From Takakia lepidozioides (Eukaryota; Plantae; Bryophyta), in assembly GCA_030704615.1 (NCBI GenBank), contig CM060732.1, forward strand, positions 48,422,001 to 48,486,000: 64,000 bases of DNA. The letters run 5' to 3'. A program made the translations under genes and the position numbers. The notes beneath the pieces were generated by a model. It was given only the letters and a program-made list of their open reading frames with translations, ran no database searches and was not told where the DNA came from. Of this stretch, positions 51,101 through 62,219 are shown piece by piece (within the stretch, counting starts at the first letter, position 1; each line of letters starts with the position of its first letter).

Positions 51101-51810
51101 GTTTGTGCAGCCTCGCACAATCTATCTGAGCAACCTTATCGCGTGATCTACAATCTTCATCTATGCAAGCTCGAGCTCAAAGTTTGTATGTATCAGTAGC
51201 CTATGGGCCATAGCTGTGCCCTCACAATCAATCTGTATCACCTCGATGCTTAAGAAACTTGGGTGATCTAATCTACTCTTTCCAGGCCTGGGAAACACTA
51301 CTCTCAAATCAATGTACTAAACTCTGTGCTAAGAAAGTAGCTCGGTTGTTGCTTCATCGCAGAATGGCACTCTGGGGAGAGAAGATTCCAATACAATGCC
51401 TTCCTTGCAACTGCTGTATGGGAGAAGGCAAAGGAGAGACCCAGCTTCCCTCCACTTGCCAAGTTATTGAACAACACTGAAAGAATTAGTTGACTCTCTC
51501 TGCATCTCTCATGTCACAGAAAACTAAGAGCCTTCAATCAACTCGCTGGCATCCTCCGAGGATGTGCTCGTCTCAGCTTCTCACACCTTATAAGCAATAG
51601 GCTGCATCCAAGAACAATCTCCTCATGGCATTCCCGGATCCCGTATAACTTTCAATTAAGCTTCTAACACCTACATTTGTAACCTCGTGGCTGCAGTGGT
51701 TCGCAATACCAGGACTGGCAAGCGTGGGGGCGCGCTAATAATCTTGAGGAACCAGCTAACTTAAAAGCTGCACCAGGAAAGTGGGAGGCCTCGGCTATGG
51801 CATGGGTGTC

Positions 51811-53472
51811 CTAGTCCCGGGACCCGAACCAGCGGCAGCAACAATAGACAATGCCGGCTACCACAGCCAAGGCCCCAAACACGGAGAAAACCACCACGAC
51901 GGCCTTGGGCTTCTTCTTATGCTTTCCCCCAGATGCTCCCGTCTCTGGACTCGCTGCCTGGTCGGGTGCAAGAGTGGGAGATAGATAGTTCGGCGATGGA
52001 GAGGGGGCAACAAGGCCACAAGGAGGGAGTCCAAGGGCTACTTTTGCAGAGGTAAGAGTGTTGTTGTAGCAGAGATCTGGATTGCCATCGATTCTGAAGG
52101 TCTTGAGCTGCTTTATGAACAGATCTGTGAAAGGAATGGCCCCTGAGAGTGAATTGTTCCGCAAATCCAGATATTCAAGAGGCATTAAGCCGACTGCGTC
52201 TGGGATTGTGTCGTTGAGTCTGTTGAAGCTAAGATCCAAGTGGGTGAGGGACGCCAATTTTGCAAGGCTTGAAGGGATGCGCCCCTCGATCAAATTTCCA
52301 CTCAATGAAAGCGTCTGCAGGTTTACCAGATCTCCCAACGTGTTTGACATATGGCCGCTCAGCCTGTTGGCGCTCAAGTCCAGGCGTTCCAGAGAAGTGA
52401 GATGGGAAATGGCCAACGGAATCGTACCAGTGAGGTCATTGTTGGCCAGGTCCACGACCTTAATTTTCTTGGATGGCCAGCTTGTAGGGAGTGGCCCTGT
52501 AAGATTCGTACTTTGCATGGTGAACTGTTGCAGACTGTTCAGGTTGGACACTATGACATCCAAACTGCTTGCATGCACCTGGACATCGAGTACTGTCAGC
52601 TCCTCCACATTGTGCATCCTACCCAGCCACCACCCAGGAAGCCCTTGGGCAGTCTTATGTGTGGCAGTGGGCCCGAGGCTGGCGGTGCAGCTGAAGGAAG
52701 TGAGCGAATCTGCGAGCAGCTGCGGCATTGGCACCGTACTCATTGGGCAGTCATAGAAAGACAACGAGTGCAATGTGGAGAGACTAGCGAGGGCAGTCTG
52801 AGTCAGAACCGCGGTAGGTGGGCAGTTTTGCAGGGAGAGACCCAGCACATGTTGCACCGTCTTGCCGTTATCGCATTGCAACACAGTCGTGGGTTGGGTG
52901 CTGCAAGCATCGGCCCCCACTACCAAGCCCAGTGATCTCAATGCTGCCACTTGCTTAGGGTCCAGGGTGATATTGCTGATGGGCAGCGCCGCGGGAGGCA
53001 ACACTGCTGGTGAAGCTGGAGATACTGCAGGTGACGCCACGGTAGGCGAAGGGGCCGCCGGGGGGAGAGCTGGAGCTGGTGACGATCGAGGCGAAGCGGC
53101 GGGAGTGGGAGTTGCAGGAGCCACAGCTGGTGCGGGTGCTTTGGGCTTCACAGTGGGAGCTACCGCAGGGACGAGATGTGGTGGTGGAGAGGCCACAGGC
53201 GCCTTGACGGGTGCAATGGTGACAGGAGCTGCAGGAGTGAGAGCTGGCGCTGGGGCGGGCTTAGCGGGCACAGGGGCGAGAGGAGTTGAGGGAGACAAAA
53301 CTGGGGCCACCTTTGCAGCCGCTGCTGGAGCTTTGGCTGGAGCAACCGCTGCCGTCGACGCAGGCCAAACTTGTGCATGCACCAGCAGCATCACCAACAC
53401 CAACCCTTCCACTCCTAACATCCTCTTTCTCTGCCTGCTCTGTCTTCGCCTATCTGTTATAATCGAATCCAT
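51811..53472 (-). CDS. LRR receptor-like protein, RLP51/SNC2/RLP55-like, with a Pro/Ala-rich AGP-like N-terminal region
   Basis: Single-exon 553-aa ORF with a signal peptide, AP/SP/TP-rich tract, LDPKQVAAL...C, plant LxLxxNxLSGxIP LRRs, GNPDLCYN cap, TM helix and short tail. No kinase domain. Confidence 0.93.
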   Translation of the reverse strand: MDSIITDRRRQSRQRKRMLGVEGLVLVMLLVHAQVWPASTAAVAPAKAPAAAAKVAPVLSPSTPLAPVPAKPAPAPALTPAAPVTIAPVKAPVASPPPHLVPAVAPTVKPKAPAPAVAPATPTPAASPRSSPAPALPPAAPSPTVASPAVSPASPAVLPPAALPISNITLDPKQVAALRSLGLVVGADACSTQPTTVLQCDNGKTVQHVLGLSLQNCPPTAVLTQTALASLSTLHSLSFYDCPMSTVPMPQLLADSLTSFSCTASLGPTATHKTAQGLPGWWLGRMHNVEELTVLDVQVHASSLDVIVSNLNSLQQFTMQSTNLTGPLPTSWPSKKIKVVDLANNDLTGTIPLAISHLTSLERLDLSANRLSGHMSNTLGDLVNLQTLSLSGNLIEGRIPSSLAKLASLTHLDLSFNRLNDTIPDAVGLMPLEYLDLRNNSLSGAIPFTDLFIKQLKTFRIDGNPDLCYNNTLTSAKVALGLPPCGLVAPSPSPNYLSPTLAPDQAASPETGASGGKHKKKPKAVVVVFSVFGALAVVAGIVYCCCRWFGSRD

Positions 53473-54339
53473 CTTGCGTCAATCCACCGAGTAGCAACTC
53501 CCGACTTACCAACTCCAACAGAGCAAAATAACAATGCACCTGGCTTGGCTTGGCTTAGCTTGAGATCGATTCCCTTGGTGAGGCTCAGCAGCATAAGTTG
53601 ATCAGAGCCAGATTAGCTCCCTGAGAACTCACAAACCCAGCTGGGGAGCTGACTACCTCACCCGTACTACGTACACGATTGGACTCGCAACTGCACCTCC
53701 CATGCCTACATGAGCCTCCTCTCTTCAAAAGCCCGCCGTCAGAGATCAGTTGAAAGTCCGAAAGAAAGAACACCCAGCTAGATCTCAAGAACCCACAAAC
53801 CTCCAAGTCAAGGAGAGCTGCAGAGGGAAGACGGCACGAGCCCAGAGAGTGCAGAGCAAGGTCAGTCTCGCAGCTGGCGTAATAGCAGGAGCCACCATCT
53901 ACGTACTTTTCATCTTTCGTGTGTTAATCCATCACCTTTACATCCCTCTTCTCCGACCCCCGGTAGCCCCTCCTGCAGCCAGGCAAGCTCCTTGAGTCCT
54001 TGGGCGGCACCCAAGGGGAGGATGAAGGCAGCTCACAAAAATAATCAGTGGAGGCTAAAGAGACAAAAGCAGCATTGAATGCGGCGCTGTGAATGCAGGA
54101 TCATTCCGTTGCGCTCTGTGCCTCCACTCAGCGAGGCTGCATAAGTGCAGACCTCCACTGGGGCCCCCAATCAAACTCTTGCATCAGTTTGCCTCATCTC
54201 ACTGCTCACTGCCTGCCTCTGCTACCCCTCCCCCTCTCACTGGCCATGGAAATAGGCACACTGTCGGAACAGGTCAGCCCACGTGCATCTTTTCCTTTTT
54301 TCAATCTAATTAAAATTAGTTTTTGTTTTTTGCAGAACA

Positions 54340-55157
54340 GGGGAAAGACTTTGTTTTGCTTCTTTTTCTTTTTCTTTTCTTTTTTTTCAAAGGGGAACAC
54401 CTGGGAGCGACAGCTCACAAATCAGGGTGAGATCTCTCAGGAGAAAATAAGCTCTTTCACAGTACTGTAGTTAAGGAAGGCTGATCCGGCACTAAATAAT
54501 TAGAAATGAATCTGCCTAATAATTATGTGAAAATTTAGGAAAAACTGCCGAAATTCCAGAAACTTTATAAAAAAATTCCTAAAATCTCAAACAAACTCCA
54601 AATATCAAATCTCCAAATGCATGTTTCAAGGCATAAAGCTCTAGGAAAATATTTTCCTTGGCTCTGAGAAATCCTAGAATAATTGGCCGAACAATCACTG
54701 CATTTGATGATTGACCAGATGCTCTCATGGCTCTTAACAACCCATATAATTTTTATTTTCTTTTGTACCATACCACACCCGTTAGTAGCAAGATTTGACC
54801 CCAGAATCATCTGGGTGGCACTCTGTGCATTTAACCATCTGAGCTACTGACTTTGGTACATAATTCTCTTACCACATCTGGTACAGTAGATAGAGCAAGT
54901 TCACTGTCACGTTACTTAAAATCTCCTCCTGGCATTGCCGTAAAATCTAGAAATTTCCTTAAGTTGTGCAGGAGTGTTTTGTTGTAAAGTAAATAAATGT
55001 TGGGCACTTCAGCGCCGGATCCGCCTTCCCAGTAGGGTAACCGTGCCATGGAGGCTGTGAAATGGGACACCGCCCAAGGGAAGGGGGAGAAGAGTATACC
55101 ACCCGTCAAGTAGCAAGATTTGACCCCAGAATCATCTCGGTGGCACTCAGTGCACAC
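54340..55157 (-). mobile_element. tRNA-derived SINE split by a MITE insertion
   Basis: 54390-54464 plus 55040-55157 together match the copy at 56135-56340. Confidence 0.7.
54465..55037. mobile_element. MITE with degenerate TIRs and TA TSD, containing a SINE head fragment (~54768-54850)
   Basis: TA|CTGTAGTTAAGGAAGGCTGATCCGGCACT ... AGCGCCGGATCCGCCTTCCCAGTAGGG|TA. Confidence 0.7.
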
Positions 55158-55198
55158 TGTTGGTTTCTTTTTTGGCTCTCTTCTATAGAGAGAGACTA

Positions 55199-55897
55199 CC
55201 AACAGTGGACAACCGTTTAGGCATTTTTGCGCCTAATAATAAATTCAATCAATTAGCAAATTAGGCACGTTTTGAAAACCATTTCTCACATTAGGCATCT
55301 TTTTTCTTTTTTTTTGATAGAAGCCCGGGATGAAGCTTATTGATGATTATTGAAGAGAAAAAAATTAAAACCCTTGATTGCCCGAAGGCGGCCATAAGGC
55401 ATTTACCGTGCTTGATGGCATCTTCATGCTATAATTTTTAGAATTAGGCACATGAGAAGAGAAAACATTTATTCTCTTAAGAATAAAATTACAAAATAGA
55501 CACCCAATGCCCATGGGCCCTTCCAAGCTCCTTCCACTCTCCAGCTACCTTTCATGGAGAGATCATGGCCATTAGCGAGGAGGATGAATATGATGACATT
55601 GTTGAGTCCATGCAAGGGCCTTTCAAAGTTACATGGAGCTCTCGCAACTAGATTGCGATTTGTAGGAAGTTATTTCCGCACGCATATATTTGTATTGATT
55701 TTTGTTCAATGAAATCTTGATCTTATTACAAATAACATGAGAAGAGGCTTGCAAGTTTTTTGCTGGAATATTTGGGCATTAGGCACTTTTGTCCCATAGT
55801 TTCCGAACAATTAGGCCAAAATCTGAAAAAATCACAAAATTGGTTAGGCACTTTCATTTTGAATTAATTATCGCCTACACTGTTGTCCAAGGGACGG
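55199..55897. mobile_element. Tc1/mariner-type MITE with TA TSD
   Basis: Degenerate TIRs (TGGACAACCGTTTAGGC / GCCTACACTGTTGTCCA), TTAGGCA motifs as in the 13.1-kb MITE, and an empty-site paralogue at ~56805-56985. Confidence 0.8.
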
Positions 55898-56089
55898 TAT
55901 GCAACATGTTGAAGTCAATGGAGAAAATGTGGTCAAAGAACCTTACACAGTGTCAAGACTCCCATTGGTATGTTGTGCTGAGTCATGCCCCCTATTATTC
56001 TGACTTCCCCTTATGTTTTTGCCAAAGCAAGAGAGCCCATTGCCCTTTCAGGCTTGTGATATTTTAGGGAAAGGGAGGAACCTTGGAAC

Positions 56090-56356
56090 TTTTGTTTTTT
56101 ATTTTATTTTATTTTTTCTTGAGGGCAAATACCAAGGAGCAACCGCTCACAAATCAGGCCCTTTAATTACAGTGAGAGGAGAAAATAACCTCTTTCATAG
56201 TAGCCTAACCTCGCCATGAGGCGCCGAGCACAAGGCTCTAGGGACACCGCCCAAGGGAAGGGGAGAAGATTATACCACACCCGTCGAGGTCGCAGGATTT
56301 GAACCCATAATCACCTGGGTCACACACTTAGTGCTCTATCCAACTGAGCTACCAGC
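56090..56356 (-). mobile_element. tRNA-derived SINE, near full length
   Basis: The rc head GCTGGTAGCTCAGTTGGATAGAGCAC...GGGTTCAAATCC contains A and B boxes. An A-rich tail lies at 56090-56120. Confidence 0.85.
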
Positions 56357-57186
56357 TGGTACTTGTTTTTTAAATTAAATTAAAAAAAAAAGTTTTCGAA
56401 TTTTGAAATGGAGAAATCTGTGTTTATTCATCCGTTTTTTTAATGAGCAATGGAAGATTGTTCATGTGTCAGAGTGAGTGTGGTGCATTGAATTCACAAC
56501 CCGTATCTAATGGGGTGGTGTATATACGATAGTTAATGCACACTAATGTACTGTTGGAAACTGGAGAAATCACATTCCACACTGCTGCCCCATCATGGTA
56601 GTGCAGGCCACATGGGATTCCTGTAGTCAGCTCCTTTGAACCCTGGACCTGTGGAACAGTATTCAGTGCTGTATCCAACTGGACTACCTGATATCATTCC
56701 ATGTGCAATTGGCCTTCAATGATGGTGTTCAACAACTAGCGCTGTGGACTACTAGTGGCGACTTTGGGAACAATGTTCAAATTTTACAAAAACTTCAACG
56801 TTTATTGGCTCTCTTGTAGAGAGAGACTTTGCATCATGTTGAAGTCAACGGAGAAAATGTGGTCAATGGACCTTACACCGTGTCAAGCCAGCGATTGGTG
56901 TGTTGTGCTGAGTCATGCCCTTTACTCTCACCTCCTCTTATGTTTTGCCAATGCAAGAGAGCCCATCGCCATTTTAGGCTTGTTTCATTTTGATTGGAAA
57001 GATGCGGCACACATGGCATAGTACTTTTGCCGGATTTAAAGAGCTTGGCTCCTCTGGCCTTGTCATATCCTCCCCACCTTGTCTTATCCAGGATTCACTA
57101 TTATATACAATAGAATGTGAGAGAGATTGAAGAGATTGCAATTGGAGATTTTTTTGGGAACTCGGAACGAGGCACTAGGTATGGAC

Positions 57187-57375
57187 CAGTGTTGTGTGGG
57201 TACCCGCTTAGGCGGGTTGGAACCGGCGGTTCATGGGAACTGGTACTGGAACCGGAACCGGGAGAGCATGGACGAGCCGGTTCCAGAACCGGAACCGGCG
57301 GGTTCGGGTTTTTCCAAGAAACGGCTTGGAACTGGAACCGGGGGGTCAGTGGCGGTTCCAGATCCGGTTCCCGCA
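57187..57375 (+). mobile_element. hAT-like terminal region (CAGTGTTG end with a GGAACCGG subterminal array)
   Basis: CAGTGTTGTG start followed by about ten GAACCGG/CCGGTTC-type motifs. No matching right end found. Confidence 0.55.
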
Positions 57376-57765
57376 CTATGGTTTTTTTTTTTTTTTTTTT
57401 TTTTCTCTCCCGTGATCTGTCGTCTCTCACGCGCGATCTGCTGCAGTAGCGCGACTTCAGCGCGGGGGAGGGTTTGGTTTTCTTGCTTTTGTGGTCTCGC
57501 AGTTTGTGAGATGTTTGTCCATTTCCAGTTGTGACACTTCTCGCGGTGTCATTAGTGTTGTTTGTGTAGGGATACGTTACAAGAGGGTTGACTGCTTCTG
57601 TGCGTGGGTCCGGGGTTGAATGTTGGACTAGGTGTTATGGAAAAAGGCATGGAGCATTTGTAGAAGGGAGGAAGAATGAGAGTGGGAAGAAGATGTAGGT
57701 AGGTCTGCAGGGTGTTGGATTGTGAAAGAATGGCATCAGCTGGCAGAGGATCCGAGCGTTGGGAA

Positions 57766-59398
57766 AGCAGGTGTTCCTGCGGATGGCTGTATATACGCTA
57801 GGAAGGGCAGCCTGCGTTTGCCGGAAGTGGCATTATGCAATTCGCAGCCCGCCTCTTTGGCGCAATGCTTGCTTGAAGACCTGGCAGACATGCTCTACAC
57901 TGCTCTATCAATACACCAAAAGTAACATTTTGTTGCACATATGTGGCCTAAGGCAGGAAGTGGTCTTTGCCCCACAGAGGAAAAAAGTCCTTGGAAGGCA
58001 GAGCAAGGAGTTTGTTGAGTTGAACCCACTCTCTTCCTCCGTCCCTTCTGATTGTTGTAGTCAAGGTAGCGTTGTCTTACATGCCTAACTCAAAAACAGG
58101 ATTGTCTGAGATGAGCAGAAGGGACAACATTTTTGCAGAGATTGTTATAGATTCCATTGTGTCATTGTGCAATAGCTTATCAGGACTGGCTATGATGACG
58201 CACGTTACAGGTTGGGAGGAGAATGAACGCATTGTGCAGAAAATTTACGGTGGTTCATGGCGTGCCATGTGGCAGCACCGGCCCCGCCTACGATTTGATG
58301 GTATGTTGCTCATTTGATGGTATGCGTCAAATGCTAGAGAGGAGAAAGGAGGTGCTCGACAACTCCTTGCCATGGACATTTACTTGAAGCACCCTTGAGG
58401 GCAGGATGCTCATCCTGTGCAAGCCAGTTGCAACGTTTCAGCCCACCAGGAATAAGACCCAGGCCCAAATTGAAAACACTCAGCCAGTAGAAATATGGTG
58501 ACACAAACATTGCTCAAGAAAGGATAGAATCCATCCCAACCTGAGTTGCAGTAGCCTCCACTTTGGTGTTATGGTTTGTGGCTGGGTTTGACATTGTAAT
58601 AACACTCTAACTTGCAACACATGCAAAATACAGGGTTGTGGTTGCAGTGCCAGCCACACTGTTGAGAAAAATGGGCATAGAGAGAAGAAGAGAGGCAGAA
58701 GGGATGGAAGAGGATATTGAAGGACATTGTCAATGTACTCATAAGACAATGTTTGCCTCAACCTTACCATGCGCCCAGTTTGGGTAGAACAAGAGGGAAC
58801 AGTCACTACCTTCCCCCCAGTAGTGGGACTGTGTCATGTGGACAGAGACAGACAGACACATATACAAGTTAATTGAAGTATAAAAGCAAGCAACAATCCA
58901 AAGGACTTGTCCCGTGATGGCCTGGTTGTCTTTCTGATGAATTGTTGGTGTGGTAATGTTTGGGGTGTGGTAATGTTGCAGGGCTTTATGTGAGCCGCAA
59001 CACGTATGTGCGTGCTAGGATTGCCGAGTGGAGGATCACCAACCCCGTGCACTTGGTACCTACCCCTCCCTCTCTGTCCACACTGCTGTGGATACTTGCT
59101 AGTAGATAAATTCTTGTAAACCATCACATCCTAAGAGCCCCAACCCTGAAGAGTATGTAATCACATGATGTTGTTTTTGAGAGACAGGGGAGAGAGAAGA
59201 TGGAACACAGAGAGATATGGAAAGAAAGAGTGAAGGAGGAGAGTACAAGCAAAGGTTTGGTCCTTGTGAGGGTAATGGGGGGAAAGTGTGTACGGCAACT
59301 GTGGTCTTGATTTTGCCAATAATAGGAGAAGCGTGCTGTCTTTGTGTGTAAGCAGGTGTGCTACTTCAGATACATCCGGTTCTATGTGGCATTGTAAG
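57766..59398 (+). pseudogene. F-box protein 7 (FBP7/FBXO9-like) gene fragment, four exons
   Basis: [39 protein letters not shown] | VTGWEENERIVQKIYGGSWRAMWQHRPRLRFDG | [24 protein letters not shown] | VCYFRYIRFY then a stop. The donor after WQ reads 'ac' and the next acceptor reads 'cac'. Confidence 0.85.
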
Positions 59399-60201
59399 TG
59401 TTATTTGTTGACAGTGGTATGGCCGCCAGTAACAGGTTATGTTGGGATACTGTTGTCAGCAGGTATGAGCAGAAGTTTATAATGGTCAAGGAATTGGTCT
59501 CTGAAACCAAGTCCCCGAAATGCCCGTCCTCGGGAACGCCCATGTAACATTCAAAAGGCCCGAGAGGGGCAGAGCAGATGTAGGGAGGAGGAGATAGTAG
59601 CGTAGGCAGCATGGTTTTGTTTTTTTGTTTTTTTTTTCCCCACGTTGTATCGTCTCTCACCTCCTCCTACTACAGCAGCGCGAGCATCAACGCGGGGGAG
59701 GGAGCAGCACACCAGCGCCGGGTATGAGTACGAGGGAGGGAGCAGCGCAGTCAGCACAACCTCCGTGGAGGTTACCCCTCCTTCTTTTTTTTTTGGTCCT
59801 TTCATGGCAAAATTGTGCAGCCGAGAAGCTTGTGCTAGGGCCTTTAGCCCTTCCTCTCTCTCTCTTTTTTCTTACTGTAGCCAATGCCTTGTGTTAGCAT
59901 TAGGAGATGTGAAAATGATCAATGTACATGCTCTCTTGGCTGGTCTACTGTTGCCAATGGCTTATGATAGCATTAGGAAATCTGAAAGAGGTCTACCTAG
60001 TGTGCATTTGATTGCCACTCATGACACCTGAAAACTGAATTTCCACATTTGAGGATCTGTCATGGTGTCTAAAGGGGCTGAATGACTAAAATGACCTATT
60101 TTACATTTATATATATGTGTTCTACTTTGAATGTATGAGTGTTTGTGCCACCCAAGAGCTTGGATTGGGAATAATTTGATTCAGGGAGTGTATCCAGCCA
60201 T

Positions 60202-60699
60202 TTGCATCGTATGGAACCCAATATCTTTGAAGAACTGGAGAGAGGTGTTGTTCATGACACCAATATCAACAATGCGGGAGCTATGGAAGCTTGCCCTACG
60301 CAATGTGCATTGTCTTCTTCATCAATTCCTCTCACTTCAGTGGTCGGTGGGTCTTCCACAATATCACAGTATTCAAGCAGCTCAATGTCCGAGGAAGAGC
60401 AGTTTTCCATCCTAAGCAAACAACGTGATTTTTGGAAACCTTACAATCGCACTGCTTCATCATGGGCATTTTATGCAGTTGGCAACGCGGGTCCAGTATA
60501 TGCAATACACCCGCAGTATATGAGGTGTGTGTTTTGTTATCCTGCTCTTGTGTTTGAAAAGATGTCAGGATGTATGACTTACAACAAAGACCATGGAAAC
60601 TCTGTTCTTCACAAGCATGTGAATCAGAAACATGGGGCTTTGGTTAGTAAGTGGATTGAAATGAAAAAAAATGGGTCGGCTCGTAGACCTGCGAAGTAG
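60202..60699 (+). pseudogene. BED-type zinc-finger ORF (probable N-terminus of a hAT transposase)
   Basis: SSWAFY...MRCVFC...TYNKDHGNSVLHKHVNQKH fits the W-F/CxxC/HxxxxH BED pattern. It ends at a stop just before an LTR insertion. Confidence 0.65.
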
Positions 60700-60712
60700 A
60701 GGCTTGGTGGTA

Positions 60713-61158
60713 TGTGAAATCGACCAGGGAGCAGCTGAGCAGCCACAGTCTCGACCCTCCCTAGTACCTTGCAAACTTCAGGGAAAGGCCTTGGACATCT
60801 TACTTTCATGCCCTACGTACTGGAAGCTGAACTAAAGTACTAAGACTCGAAACAAAAGTAGCTTGGACTTGTGTTGGCGAGAATGAAGAGTGACCAGTCT
60901 CGTCTCCTATATATACTGGCTACTAGGAAGTTCCCTAAGAAGCTTCCCCAATGGAGGTTTCTTGATGGAGAAGTTTCCTCCAAATGAAGCTTCATGAGCA
61001 GTTTCCCAAGTTACTCTCGGTAATTTGGTAAACTCCCGGTAACTTGGTAACTAATGATAAATCATGGTAGTTAAATCATGGTAACTTTCGATAACATGGT
61101 AACTTGGTAACTTCTGGTATTTACTCCTAGTAAGTTCCTCGGGGCTATGTCCGTGACA
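60713..61158 (-). mobile_element. Solo LTR (~446 bp)
   Basis: TG...CA ends (rc start TGTCACGG), TATA-like tatata at ~60909, GGTAAC repeats at 61020-61130 and a degenerate 5-bp TSD (tggta/tgctc). Removing it restores the reading frame (...LGALSNFM). Confidence 0.6.
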
Positions 61159-62219
61159 TGCTCTATCAAACTTCATGGAATGTGGAGTTTCGAATGACTA
61201 GTATGTTTTCTGTTCAGTTGTTCTGACATAAGCTTTATTCTTGACAGAATCTATTAAGCCAATGCCATCAGATGGATCATTATTCCCTTATTTCTTGCGA
61301 GACATGAGTTGCCTTACAGCCGAAGAATCGCGTGAGGACCTCCTCTGCGGGTCAGAAAAAGTTAATCATTCTCAATGTTGTTGGTTTACTGTGTTATAAA
61401 CCAAAAGCAGTGGGAGCCCAGAGGCTCAAGGAACGATTCTCTTGGGCAAGGATCCCCTACAATTGGGACAATGTCATTGTTCGGCCTAGTCTTTTTTGAG
61501 CTCGCCCTAAAACACTTCTATGTGGGCATCTGGTCTTGCGGCGTCCAGCACATGGTCGAGGCCCTTTTGAGATTTTTTCTACCCAATGACATTGTTAAGA
61601 AATTGGTGTTTATCTGGTGTGGGGATACTTGCACTCAAACACCAGACTATATCTCTCCTCTAGTTCATTTCGTTCTTAAAGATCATTGCTCTCTGGGCGT
61701 ACTTTGCAAAGACCTCTAAGCACTACAGTAAGAAAGGCCAGACCCTCCTGATTGACGACGAGCCTTCAAAGGCTCTAAGGAACCCAGTGAACACTGTTTT
61801 TTCCCAAAGTCTCTTGATGGCACCCTGACACCAGTCATCAAGGATGGTAGCACCTTTGCAGAGGATCTTGTTGATGTCCTGTGGCCATTCCTCTCTGACA
61901 TGATTTCCTCGCTGACTGTGGAAGAGTACATGGAGGAGAACTATTCCAAGTGTCATAATGTCCAGAAGCCTATTGATAGTACTCACTCTGATTGGAACCG
62001 GCTAGGGAGATATGCAAATCCCCTAGGGATATCTGACCCTATGATTTACTTGGGTATGTATCCCCTCATCTAATCTCCCGATAATCTCTGTTTGTATATT
62101 CTCTATCTTTCTAGTTTCCGTTTTCTCGCCTGTCTTAATTTTGTCGATATTCTGTGAACACTTTGGCTTCCTCATGTATTCAGAATAGCGACTTCACATT
62201 TTATTTGACAGGTGAAGGA

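Noticed and set aside
52082-53494. Long + strand ORFs opposite the RLP
   Set aside because: Antisense shadows of a GC-rich coding region.
61375-61990. Possible TE coding remnant
   Set aside because: Could not assign any family by eye.
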